Shown: piece by piece, positions 10,509 to 21,437 of the stretch
Position numbering within the stretch: position 1 is the first letter of the stretch
How the letters are laid out: every line of letters starts with the position of its first letter
Origin: Cladosporium halotolerans
Taxonomy: Eukaryota
Assembly: GCF_011745625.1 (NCBI RefSeq)
Contig: NW_027191476.1
Span: 186,001-250,000, forward strand
Reading direction: 5' to 3'
Length of the DNA: 64,000 nt
Notes under the pieces: model-generated
Told to the model about the DNA's origin: nothing
The model's database searches: none
The model's input: the letters and a program-made list of their open reading frames with translations, nothing else
Translations under genes and position numbers: made by a program

Positions 10509-11111
10509 TCACAATGTCGACGGAAGGTGCTCAGACCAGCACTCTGATGAATATTCAAACTCCGGAACGTCCTCCCACTCATCTGAGTCGTCCGCATACT
10601 CCGAAATATCCTCCCACTCATCGGAATCGTCCGCAGATTCGCTCTTTACCTTCACCTCATCGCCAGCCCCCATACCCTCCAGAACGTCGAAGCTCACCTT
10701 CTTACCGCTCGGAGCCCTAACAACAGGAGTACCCTTGTCCTTGGCATCAGCAGCAGCGAGATCCGCCATCTTGTCAGCGTGGTTAGCAATCTTCGCCGCA
10801 ATCTTGTTGCAGCGCCTCACAGACTCCTCGTAGCTACCAAGATCCGTCAGACCATTTGCACAGTGCCAGACGTACTTGGCCTTCGCAGCCTTGGACTCAG
10901 CAATCATCGCCTCCTCGCAGGAAGAGCAGAGGAGAATGTTGGGAGAAGTGGTGATCATGTACGTCGAGGGCTCGGCATCCGAAGCAGAGAGAGCGCTGGC
11001 CCCATGACGGGACATGGAAGTTGTCAGTGTGAAGTTGTACACCGAGTGCTTGCATTCACTGGCGAGCTCGATGTGGGTGAACTCCCTGGAGAACCCGTTC
11101 AGCAGAGACAT
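10509..11111 (-). CDS. Orphan protein C: CKH..LCSSC module, KKVSF motif, repeated acidic tail
   Basis: 200-aa ORF from ATG 11111 (AAGATG). ECKH..LLCSSC, then GKKVSFD and ADDSDEWED twice (36-bp duplication). Confidence 0.75.
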   Translation of the reverse strand: MSLLNGFSREFTHIELASECKHSVYNFTLTTSMSRHGASALSASDAEPSTYMITTSPNILLCSSCEEAMIAESKAAKAKYVWHCANGLTDLGSYEESVRRCNKIAAKIANHADKMADLAAADAKDKGTPVVRAPSGKKVSFDVLEGMGAGDEVKVKSESADDSDEWEDISEYADDSDEWEDVPEFEYSSECWSEHLPSTL

Positions 11112-12669
11112 CTTTTTGAGTGTTGCTCTTGCCAGTGTTGTTTTTGTCAATATTGGTGCTTTGCAGAAACAAGACAGGGATTTGAGAGCCTTGGACGGGC
11201 GGTTATATACACGATACGGACGGCGGAGCTGAGGCGTGGTATGGGGGCTCAAACGTATTGCTTGGAGCCCGTACATAGGTATTGTGAGGCAACCCCTAGG
11301 ATTTCACCTCTGGCTATGCTTTGGACGTTGGGGAACAAATGCTTTGTTGCCCTTGTAAGTTTGACAGCGAAGGGGGCCTTCTAGTGGCTGCTTTTCTTTG
11401 TTGGTAGCACGAGAGGCACCTCACTTTGCGTACAGTGTTCGCTGCCTTCGTGTACCCGCTTTAAACAATTGCTTTGTTCTACCACAGAGCTGCTTCGGTC
11501 CTCCAGGGGCCCCACGAGCAATAGCAAAGGAAAGAGTAGTTTCCTTGACCGATTTGCATGGGAAGAGCGCACAGTCTGCAATCATCGGTGTCTAGAAGCA
11601 TTTTGCCGAGAACCACTACATTGTCACATTACTGCAAGAGTCTGCGAGCGTATCAAACCCCGTGTTGCTTGAGCAGTCGTTAGCGAAATGAGATGTTGCG
11701 AAAAGTCTTACAAAAAACAAGTCATGGGCCCGGATGTAGTGGCTTTTGATGAGGTGGAAGGATTCGTTCTACAGAACATCGATCAGTCCAACGATAGCTG
11801 GCATTGGTAATTCATGGTCATGAGTGGGCGGTAGATCATTGCTCCAGACACGAATGGTATTCCCTTTGTCAATGAATGATCAACCATAGGGAAATCGTAA
11901 TGGTCTGACTGCATGCACTTGAATAGTTCAACACAGAAGACGAGCAGACATGCACAAAAGTATAACAAATCGTTTCTCACATTCTCTGTGCGGTGCATAC
12001 TGCGGATGGTGCGGTCACCGTACTTCCCATCTACAGTACACTCATCGGCCACACTCTTCACCAAAATCAACTGCCGGTCTGCTTGCCCCACCCCGAAATC
12101 TGGGCAAATTGCCAAACAGTCTTCGTCTGGGTCGTCGCCGAGTCGAAGCATTCGCTCGGCTTCTCGCTTTTCGGCCCAGCACGGGGACGCGAGGCCCATC
12201 CTTTCGATCTTCACAACGATCCTATGTACCAAATCCACCCTCTCGCTCCACAATACCGCGACCTCCGAGCTCCAAAAACTAATCAACATCACTCTAAGCC
12301 TCGGTTATATGACGCTGACTTAGGGCTCGTCGGAACCTGCCAGCACCGCCAAGACTCAAGTGCCTTGGCCTGGTCGCGATCGACTTCACAGGTTGCCAAC
12401 TCCTCCCATTTCTCCTTAGATTCTCCGCACTTCGCCTCCGCAGTTGTGGAATTGCGCATGCGTTATGCGGGCATGGGTGAGACTAGGTCGTGGTAGCAAG
12501 GTCGCCACGTGAGGTGCCAAGGGTGACTATGGTCATTCGTCGGATTTTAGTTTGTGGGAGCCGGTAGTTGACTGCGGACAGAGGTTTGGGAGGTTTGGGA
12601 GAGGTAGGTCTATAAGAAGCCTATAGATCTCCGTATTGGGCCCTCCTGCAATCGGTAAGTGGAACAGCC

Positions 12670-14657
12670 ATGGGTTTCCCTACTTCATCGAAGCGTACGT
12701 ACGCCTTCGTTTCTCTACTCGCGGCATCGTCGTTCCTCATGCCAACATCATGTCTCCCCTCACCCCACGAGCCAGCACACTTGAATCTGGCCCCAAAAAG
12801 ATCAGCCCAAAATGAAACCATCCACCCCTACCAGAACGCCTCCCTCTGCATCGACGCCCGTGTCGAAGATCTCCTGTCCCGCATGACACTCGAAGAAAAG
12901 GCCGGCCAGCTCTTCCACACCCAACTACAGCAAGGCCCCAACGGGACTCTAGACGCCGGCAATGTGACAGCCCGGCGCAACAGCACCGAAAACATGGTGA
13001 GCGAGAAGCTAATGACGCACTTCAACCTGGTCGGCGAAGTTCAAGACGTCGGCGTTGTGGCTGCGTGGTACAACCGCGTACAGGAGCTGGCTTTGTCGAC
13101 TCGTCTAGGAATCCCCGTCACGCTTTCGTCGGACCCCAGGCATAGTTTCACCGACAACATCGGCACCGGCTTCAGCGCGAACGCCTTCTCGCAGTGGCCC
13201 GAAAGCCTTGGGCTGGCGGCGCTGCGGGACCCAGAGCTCGTGCAGCGGTTCGCTGAGATCGCGCGGGAGGAGTACATGGCGATCGGGGTGCGGTCAGCGC
13301 TGCACCCACAGATCGATCTGTCAACCGAGCCCCGCTGGGCGCGCATCGGTAACACGATGGGCGAGGACGCGGAGCTCACTTCGAAACTCGTAGTGGCGTA
13401 CCTGAAAGGCTTCCAGGGCGAGGAGCTAGGCCGGCACTCCGTGACGACTGTGACGAAGCATTTCCCCGGCGCGGGGCCGATGGAGAACGGCGAGGATAGC
13501 CATTTCGTGTATGGCAAGAACCAGTGAGCCGCGCCCCACCTTCAACGATCCAGCAAGAAACCCAACTGACCAGCTCCGCCAGAACCTACCCCGGCAACAA
13601 CTTCGAGCATCACTTGATCCCCTTCCGCGCCGCCATCGCCGCCGGCGCCCGCCAAATGATGCCGTACTACTCGCGCCCCATCGGCACGGAATACGACGAA
13701 GTCGGCTTCTCCTTCAACAAGCAAATCATCACCGATCTGCTGCGCAATGAACTAGGCTTCACCGGGATCGTCGTCTCGGACTGGGGCCTGATCACCGACA
13801 CCGTGATCCGGGGCCAAGATATGCCGGCGCGAGCGTGGGGCGTGGAGTCACTGAGCAAGCTGGAGAGAGCCCAGCGCGTGCTGGATGCGGGCGTGGATCA
13901 GTTCGGTGGCGAGCAGAGGCCGGAGTTGGTCGTTGAGCTTGTGAGGGCTGGAAAGGTGAGCGAGGAGCGGATCGACCAGTCCGTGAGGCTGCTGCTGCGC
14001 GAGAAGTTCGTTCTGGGGCTGTTCGAGGAGCCGTTTGTGGACGTGGAGGCTGCGCAGCGGGTTGTTGGGAATGCGTACTTCACGCGCTTGGGATTCGATG
14101 CACAGCGCAGGGCGTTCACGCTGTTGAAGAATGAGGACGGGGTTTTGCCGCTGTCGGTGGATGATACGGCGGTGAGATTTTACACGGAGGGCTTCAATAC
14201 TACGCTGTTGACTTCGCGCGGGATGACGGTTGTCGACACGCCGGAGGAAGCGGATGTCGCGTTGATGCGCCTGCAAGCACCCTACGAGCCGCGACCTGGC
14301 GGATTCGAAAGTGCGTATCATGCTGGCTCGCTGGAGTACAATGCGACGGAAAAGGCCAGGCAGGCTGCTATCTACGCGGCCGTCCCCACGGTCGTAGACA
14401 TGTACCTGGACCGCCCAGCCGCCATTCCAGAGATTGCGGAGGCAGCAGTGGCGCTGATGGGCAGCTACGGTGCTAGCCCAGAAGCATTCCTGGATGTTGT
14501 CTTCGGTGTTGACGGCGCAAGTCCTGAGGGTAAGCTGCCATTTGACCTACCGAGAAGCATGGCCGCTGTTGAGGCGTCGAAGGAAGACGTGCCATTCGAT
14601 ACGGAAAACCCGGTATTTAGATTCGGGGACGGAGAAAAGTATGCGGAGAAATGCTGA
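12670..14657 (+). CDS. Secreted glycoside hydrolase family 3 beta-glucosidase; exons 12670-13523, 13583-14657
   Basis: Signal peptide. RMTLEEKAGQL, EPRWARI, TKHFPG and GIVVSDWG (catalytic Asp), GKLPFDLP. 59-nt intron GTGAGC..CTGAC..CCAG restores N-Q-T-Y-P. Confidence 0.95.
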
Positions 14658-15432
14658 GCGACGGTGTCGATTCGGTAACTATGGAGAATCTGGATGCCGA
14701 TCAAAGACATCCAGCTGTAGCTTGCTTTTCAACTGAATATATCGCAAGTACACCTGTCAATGATTTGCTCGTCGCTGGATCTATGCAGTTTTTGGCTCGT
14801 ACACTCCTGGGTTGTTGTGGTATCAAGCATTTAGAACAGAAGATCCAGCTTGAGTCGCGTAGGTATGCCTTCAGGTAACAGTATGCTATGATCTAAGTAC
14901 TCGATGAAGACCTCTACTGTAACTTCGTCAGCCTAAATATCTTCCCTGGAACCCTAGACCCGCTAGGTCCCTTAAGCGGGATCGAACAGTTCCATAGCTG
15001 CACAGCACCGTGAAATAATCGCGAACGTCGAAGTGTCCAATGTCCAGCCCTTCGGCATCCCGGAACGTGCTTGCACCCGAGCCGCTCGCCGAGCCCACGC
15101 TGCCGGCATCTTGCAGCTGGCGCCCGATCCACACAGACTGCCATGCGCCCTGTTTGCCTAGATCAGGGTCAATGCAAGATTGACTTTGAGTGATCACTGA
15201 ACATTTGTTCGAGATGCATGGGCAGTAGGTGGTGACGTCGTGGCGTCCTCTATTTCTACATGTATTCTATGCGCGTCGGATTGAGAATGGAAGAGTCGAG
15301 GCATTTTATCAACTACGAAGTAGTTGTTCGCCCAAGCCAATTTGTTGCGCGATACTAACCCTTCGTTCGGCTCCCGCGTGCGCGTACTACAGAAATTCAA
15401 GGGCCGATCGCCCAATGTCCTACATGCCTGCC

Positions 15433-16464
15433 ATGAGACGTTCAACCAGACTCGCCACCAGCGCGCGAATCAGTCCTTCAGTACCTTCAAAGGTTACCAA
15501 GAGCTACGTTTCGCCAGCCTCAAGCGACAAAAAGCAATCCAGGCAAAGCAAAACCCGCCCTACCCGCAAGCCCCCACCCGACTCGTCCTTGAAAAAGGAA
15601 TCAGATCAACGCGTATATGGCGATCAAGACAGCAAACCTGAAGGAGACGGACGGCTCGCAGAGCAGAAGTGGCAATCATGGAAGTCGACCGCGACCTCTT
15701 CTCCCTTCCCAGACTTCCCCAGCCCCACTCCAGCCGACTGCGAGGAGACCTACTCCGTCTTAAACCAGCGCCACCGCGCCGCGGTCGAAGAAGAGTTCAG
15801 CGACCCCAACACGCCCGAAACGATCCCCTTCGTGCTCGACGCCATGATGGTAGCGCTCCTCAGCCAAGCGACGAGCTGGAGCAACGCCAAGCGCGCGATG
15901 AACAGCATGAAAGCGACCTACGGCTCCGTCTTCGCGTACGACGCGATCATGGCCGGCGGGAAGCAGAAGCTCGAGGCCGCGCTCCGGCCCGGTGGTCTGC
16001 ACGTGCGCAAGTCAACGCTGATCTATTCCATGCTGCAGCAGGTGCGCGAGCGGCACGGCAAATGGGACCTGGACTACCTCTTCGAGGCTTCCGACGAGGA
16101 GGCCATGAAAGAGCTGCTGAGCTACAAGGGCATCGGGCCGAAGTGCGCGTTTGTCGTGATGAGCTGGTGCCTGAAGCGGAATCCGTTCACGGTCGACACG
16201 CACGTCTTTCGCATCGCGGGGCTATGGGGATGGGTTCCGGCGAAGGCCACGCGCGAGAAGGCGCAGGCGCACTTGGACGCTACGGTTCCGAAGAAATTGA
16301 AGTTCGACTTGCATTTTCTTCTTATTGCTCATGGCAGGGAGTGTCCGGCGTGTCGGGGCGGGAGCAAAGGAGGGGTTGTTTGTGAGGCCCGGAAAGAGAT
16401 CAGGGCGAGACTGAGCGCGCGGGAGGAGTCGTCGCCAAGTTCAGACAAGCAGAAAGTATGGTAA
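15433..16464 (+). CDS. HhH-GPD superfamily DNA glycosylase (endonuclease III-like)
   Basis: LLSQAT, LRPGGLHVRK, LLSYKGIGPKCA (HhH), VDTHVFRI, LLIAHGRECPAC. Basic N-terminal extension. Start could alternatively be 15415. Confidence 0.9.
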   Translation: MRRSTRLATSARISPSVPSKVTKSYVSPASSDKKQSRQSKTRPTRKPPPDSSLKKESDQRVYGDQDSKPEGDGRLAEQKWQSWKSTATSSPFPDFPSPTPADCEETYSVLNQRHRAAVEEEFSDPNTPETIPFVLDAMMVALLSQATSWSNAKRAMNSMKATYGSVFAYDAIMAGGKQKLEAALRPGGLHVRKSTLIYSMLQQVRERHGKWDLDYLFEASDEEAMKELLSYKGIGPKCAFVVMSWCLKRNPFTVDTHVFRIAGLWGWVPAKATREKAQAHLDATVPKKLKFDLHFLLIAHGRECPACRGGSKGGVVCEARKEIRARLSAREESSPSSDKQKVW

Positions 16465-16559
16465 TAGTATCAAGGCGGGTAGGGGTGGGTTTGGGCTTGC
16501 CTACCGAGTCCTTGCGCACCTGGATCCATCAGTGGACAAAAAAAAAGCAAAAGGCAAAA

Positions 16560-16678
16560 ACATACAACAGGCGGGATTCCCAGATGGTCACCCACTCTAG
16601 TACTAGTCGCCCGGTTCAGTGCTTATGTATGGCAGAGCGGACGGGATGCCCAGTTTTCACTGACCTGTGGTCGTATGT
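16560..16678 (-). rRNA. Dispersed 5S rRNA gene
   Basis: Reverse complement reads ACATACGACCACAGGTCAGTGAAAACTGGGCATCCCGTCCGCTCTGCC...GTGGGTGACCATCTGGGAATCCCGCCTGTTGTATGT. Terminal helix and helix II (UCAGUG/CACUGA) pair. T-runs (Pol III terminator) follow. Confidence 0.97.
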
Positions 16679-18266
16679 GTCTGTCAATCCGGTTCATTGC
16701 ACAATATCGTTAAGCATAAAATCCCTTCCCCCTCGAGTTCGCGGTTCTGAAAACATCACGTGGCGTATGATTTCGGCAGCCAGTCTCACAGTGACGAAAC
16801 GGCGAAGCCTCCCAGAGAGACAGCAGAGCATTTCGAGTGGTACACCATGATCATAATCGGGGATGCCGATGTTGGTATCCAGAAATTTGTCCCGTGATCT
16901 GACCATGTTGATTAGGGCTGTCTACCACACACGGGAGTTGGTGTACCTTGGCCAAAAAAGGCCCGCCTTATGGAGTGATTCGCATTATTGAGGTACAATC
17001 ATCGCACCTCCCGCAAAGGCGTTTGCGGTATCCCCTTACGGAAGCTCACTGGGCAGATAAGTCCTCTGGTACAGCCCACACCTGCAGGCGGTCGGTCCAT
17101 GGTGGCGTGAGGCAAGCAGTCTGTTCCCGTAACAACGTGGGCAGATAGGCTTCCACAATAAAGGTGAGCACAGATGAAGTCAGCGGATTGCGCGAGTCTC
17201 AACACCGGCAAAGGCGGCGCCACGCCGTTATGGCTGTGATGAGGTGAGCGTTGGTTGCCGGGCAAGTGCAGAGCTTCGCGCGGTCACTGCAAGACATGTT
17301 TTTCCAACCCCTTCCGCCTCGCTTCCGGATGTTTTCGGATTGACGTCGACGTCTTCAGGAATTCTCTGCGTAGGCATTCTGACTCGGCTGACCGACAGTG
17401 AGAACCCGGCGAGCCCTGCCCAGGGTTGATGATGGGCTGGGGTCGGTGCGGATCGCGCTCGGTGAGGAGCGGCGTGGGCTCCGCCGGCGCGCGCACCGTG
17501 TCAAAGCGGCTGCCCATAGCATTTTCCGCAGTGAGGATGGGCCAGACGCTTGACCGTTGAGATGTGCGGTATCGCCAATCACGAGGATGGCGCGACCGTT
17601 GTCACATGCTAGCATCAACAATGCCGTGCCGTAGTGAGGCTTCGCGCTGCTGCAGCCCCCGCCACCTTTTGGCGTTGCCCCGCCGACGCGCCATGTTTTT
17701 CCACCAGGGGCCTGACTGCGGCGCTGCCCCACAGCCAATTAGACACCCAAGCGGTAGCGCACGCGAAGTGGCCCGCGGCCGGCTCGTCAGGCCTACAGTG
17801 GTGGATGGTGGTGGACGCTGGCGCACAGTGGTCCGCCGTCCAGTCTGTGCCCTGAAACGGACGTAGTGGGTGAGCGTAGGCGATCGGAGCCAGACTCCCA
17901 GATCCCTGGGCCTTGCGCAATAATTCCTCGCCGCGCCTGAGCAGTGGCTGGCGACCTGCGGGGGTTTGTTGACCACGCTTCGCTTGCGGCCGCGTACGTC
18001 TCCAGCCTCGCGGTATTGCTCCATCTCCACTGTGCTACCCTCGCTCGAGTCCCCGACACTGTGCGGCCGGTGGTTTGCGACCGCGCATTGTCACGGCGGC
18101 GAGCCTGCACTCACGAATCTGACGGCCTTGAGGGAGCGGATCTACGAAATCAGAGCGACTTCCACAGACAGGACGGGCTGCGGCATGGGAGCTTAAGTGG
18201 GCAGTACGGAATATTCAGCGGCCCCCATATCCCGGCAAAACTCCTCAGCATCACATACTCGACACG

Positions 18267-21200
18267 ATGAACCCTCGAAATCCTTTGGCCACTCTGGCCC
18301 TCGCCGGAATGGTCGCTGGCCAAACATTACCATACAATCCCTCAAGGATACTACTGCAACGAAATGGGTCCCTCGCATACATCTTCCAACCGTCGCAAGA
18401 CCAGCCGGGACAGTCCAGATTCCTCTCGCTGGACCTCAGCCAAACGATATCAAATGACAATGCACCTTTCACGACCTACTCGGACACGCTGCCATTCCTT
18501 GACGAGGGCAAGCAGATTCCCTTCACACCTATGATGGACACGGCAAATGGGCACATTGTGGCAGTCACGGGCGACTGCGCGGAAGGCGCGGATGGCATCA
18601 AGATATACACTCTGGTTCCGGAACAGGACGCGCAAGCAGGGAACGGCACATGGAGGGAACAAGATACGTCCAGTCAAGATATTGGCGAGCAGGGAGACCA
18701 CGCGGGAGCGAACTTCCTCGCTGCGGGCATGGCTTTCTCTGGTTACACTAACGGCAGCATCTCGGACTCGACGCTGTATCTTTTCGGAGGCATGTGCCCT
18801 TTCGCTAACAGCACGGACGAGACGTGGACGAGCAAGGGCAACTACTCAAACATGATGCTCACTATGGCCGCGCGGAGCGTCAACTTGGACGACCTGGACT
18901 ACAATATCGATCTCGCACCAGGCAGAGGACCACCCATTGCCGAAGCCGGATTTACGATCACCGGCCTCCCTCCAACCTTCTCCGACACGGGTGATGACAA
19001 CCCGCAGTATCAACAGCAGGACTTCGTCCTCCTCGGAGGCCACACGCAGGCTGCTTTCATCAACATGTCGCAAGTCGCCCTCTTTTCCTTGCCACAAGAA
19101 AGCTGGACCTTCCTCCCAGTCACGCAGCCCAACAGCGGCAAGGCAGATCTCGCGACCCGTCAAGACGTCCAAGAAATTGAGCCCAGGTCCGGCCACACCG
19201 CTGTCCTGAGCGAAGACGGCGCCAGTGTTATAGTATTTGGAGGCTGGGTTGGGGACATCAACACGCCCGCGCAGCCTCAGCTGGCCGTCCTGCGTTTCGG
19301 TGCTGGCTTCGGCGGCCGTGCCGGATGGACTTGGACTGTGCCAGAGCAGACTGACAATGGCATGCCGGGTGCGAGCGCTATCTACGGACACGGCGCGACG
19401 ATGTTGCCGGGCGGAGTCATGATGATCGTGGGAGGCTACTCGATACCGGATTCAGCATCCAAGATGATCCGCCGCGACACGCAGTTCAACGATAAAGTGA
19501 TGCTGTACAACACCACGTCGAACTCCTGGATTGATTCATACACTCAACCTAAAGAGAGCCCTGTGCAGCAGGAGTCTGAGAAGCCAGGGGCACTAAGCAA
19601 GAGCTCACAGCGTGCTGGCTTAGGAGTGGGCATTACCTTCCTCGTGCTCCTCCTCATCGCACTGATCATGTTCTACTTCTGGTACACTCGCAAGCTGAAG
19701 CGAGAGCGTGAAGAGCGCGCTCGCGACTCGCTTTCTCGTGGATCCGACGGCTCTTTCGGTCAGCCTTTCTTGGAGAAGGGCGCCTTCGAGGGGCAGAACG
19801 ACGGTCCTTCAGTCATTGGCGACTACTGGCAGAACCCTCGACCGAACGATGATCCGTACGGCTGGACTCAGCCGCAGACTCAGCAAGTGGGCAATACTAC
19901 TGGTCTCTTCACAGACAAGCCGAGTCCCACGCGCGGGCTGCGCAAAGGTGCACCTCACAAGAACTACCAGTACCAGCCTGCGCCTCACTTCGACGAGCAG
20001 CGCATGAGCCATGGGAGTGGAATCCACCCTATCGCCGAGCACGAAGACGAAGACGCCATCTCGAGACTGCCGTCGATCAATCCCGATGCTTCTCTAACAG
20101 AAGCTCAAAAACAGCTGCGTGAAGTCGAGCGCGTCCTCGCACCTCAACGCGAAAGCCAACGATGGTCAGACGATCCGTTCAGAGACCCCGAGCCCAACCC
20201 CCTCGGAAGCCACCCGTACAACCCGCTAGACAGAGGCGATACCGTGCGACGCGTCCCAACCAACGCAAGCTACAACTCCCCAACACGCCGAAAGCACAAC
20301 CCATGGGACCTCGACGGCGTACCTAACTGGACGTCCGAGTACCGCCCCGACGAGCCTCTCCTCCTCCACTCAACAGGTCGCATCTCGCCCTCACGCAGCG
20401 ACGACCGCACGTCCTCCACCCTCAGCGAGCAGTCCCACCGCTCCGCCGCCTCGACCAACTCCATAACCCGCACCATGTCCACGCGCACCGGCGCCATCCT
20501 CGCCGCCGCAACAGCCGCCGCCGCCCGCACGCACAGCAGGAGCCCAGACCGCCACTCCTTCTCCGACGCCGAACAACAACAACAACACACCCCCAACCGC
20601 GCGCGCACCAACACCGACCCCTCCATCCACGGCCCGGACGCCGACTCCTTCACAACCGCCCGCACCAGCTTCGTCGCCCTGCAATCCGAAGGCGAAGCCC
20701 TGCTCGGCGGCCGCCCTGCCGTCCCCCCACAACCAACAACCACCTTCGCCCCGCCCCAACACCCCGACCTCCTCCCCGCGCCCCTCTCCACCTCCAACAA
20801 CAACAACCCCGCCCGCAAACCCCGCCCGCAAGGCCTCATCGGCTCCCTCCGGCGCGCCATCGGCGCAATCTCGCACCCCGAAACCCGCTCCTTCAGCCTG
20901 ACCGCCTCGTCCTCCAAACCCGCCTACCCGTCGCCGACCTCCCCTTCCCGCCCCAACGCCAACGCCGCAACCCGCCCTCCAGCGCCCCGCCGCGCCGCCT
21001 CCGACGGCGGATACCTGCTGCGCCAGAAGCGCGGGCGCAAAGACTGGCTCCCCGATCCCGGGGCGGGAGCCGAAAGCTGGGAACCATACCGCGACACGGG
21101 CGACTGGGGCCCTTCGCCGGCTTCGCCTCCCGCTCAAGAAGGCGCCGGCGGGGAAGAGGAGGACTGGGACGTGGAAGACGCGGCGGCGCAGCGGGACGTG

Positions 21201-21437
21201 CAGGTCATGTTCACGGTTCCCAAGACGAGGCTGCGGGTCGTGAATGACGATATGGATCGGGCGAGTTTGAGGAGCGCGAGTGCGAGCGAGGCGGTGAGTC
21301 GGAGTGGGAGTGTGGCGAGTGCTGGGTTGCGGGCTGGGGGGGTGAGGGCGCGGGGCAGCAGGAGTGTGTTGGGGGTTGTTAGTGAGGGGGGGCTGAGGGG
21401 GGTGAGGGATGGGGAGGAGGAAGGGTATAGGGATTGA
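18267..21437 (+). CDS. Single-pass membrane protein with extracellular Kelch/galactose-oxidase-like beta-propeller and long disordered cytoplasmic tail
   Basis: Signal peptide. Kelch-type GG motifs (LYLFGG, FVLLGG, PRSGHTA..VIVFGG, YGHGA..MIVGG). TM segment LGVGITFLVLLLIALIMFYFW followed by RKLKR. Motif RDVQVMFTVPKTRLRVVN near the C-terminus. Confidence 0.9.
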   Translation: MNPRNPLATLALAGMVAGQTLPYNPSRILLQRNGSLAYIFQPSQDQPGQSRFLSLDLSQTISNDNAPFTTYSDTLPFLDEGKQIPFTPMMDTANGHIVAVTGDCAEGADGIKIYTLVPEQDAQAGNGTWREQDTSSQDIGEQGDHAGANFLAAGMAFSGYTNGSISDSTLYLFGGMCPFANSTDETWTSKGNYSNMMLTMAARSVNLDDLDYNIDLAPGRGPPIAEAGFTITGLPPTFSDTGDDNPQYQQQDFVLLGGHTQAAFINMSQVALFSLPQESWTFLPVTQPNSGKADLATRQDVQEIEPRSGHTAVLSEDGASVIVFGGWVGDINTPAQPQLAVLRFGAGFGGRAGWTWTVPEQTDNGMPGASAIYGHGATMLPGGVMMIVGGYSIPDSASKMIRRDTQFNDKVMLYNTTSNSWIDSYTQPKESPVQQESEKPGALSKSSQRAGLGVGITFLVLLLIALIMFYFWYTRKLKREREERARDSLSRGSDGSFGQPFLEKGAFEGQNDGPSVIGDYWQNPRPNDDPYGWTQPQTQQVGNTTGLFTDKPSPTRGLRKGAPHKNYQYQPAPHFDEQRMSHGSGIHPIAEHEDEDAISRLPSINPDASLTEAQKQLREVERVLAPQRESQRWSDDPFRDPEPNPLGSHPYNPLDRGDTVRRVPTNASYNSPTRRKHNPWDLDGVPNWTSEYRPDEPLLLHSTGRISPSRSDDRTSSTLSEQSHRSAASTNSITRTMSTRTGAILAAATAAAARTHSRSPDRHSFSDAEQQQQHTPNRARTNTDPSIHGPDADSFTTARTSFVALQSEGEALLGGRPAVPPQPTTTFAPPQHPDLLPAPLSTSNNNNPARKPRPQGLIGSLRRAIGAISHPETRSFSLTASSSKPAYPSPTSPSRPNANAATRPPAPRRAASDGGYLLRQKRGRKDWLPDPGAGAESWEPYRDTGDWGPSPASPPAQEGAGGEEEDWDVEDAAAQRDVQVMFTVPKTRLRVVNDDMDRASLRSASASEAVSRSGSVASAGLRAGGVRARGSRSVLGVVSEGGLRGVRDGEEEGYRD

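Noticed and set aside
11783..12496. Overlapping 110-170 aa ORFs upstream of the GH3 gene
   Set aside because: Non-ATG or weak starts, no motifs, and no CxH/RVxF pattern of the neighbouring triad; cannot support as a gene.
14914..15197. Protein-like minus-strand fragment between the GH3 and glycosylase genes
   Set aside because: Short, no clear start or family motif; cannot be distinguished from chance.
16999..17517. Possible two-exon small gene on the minus strand (MGSRFDTV...)
   Set aside because: Donor would be a weak GTGACC and the product has no recognisable features.
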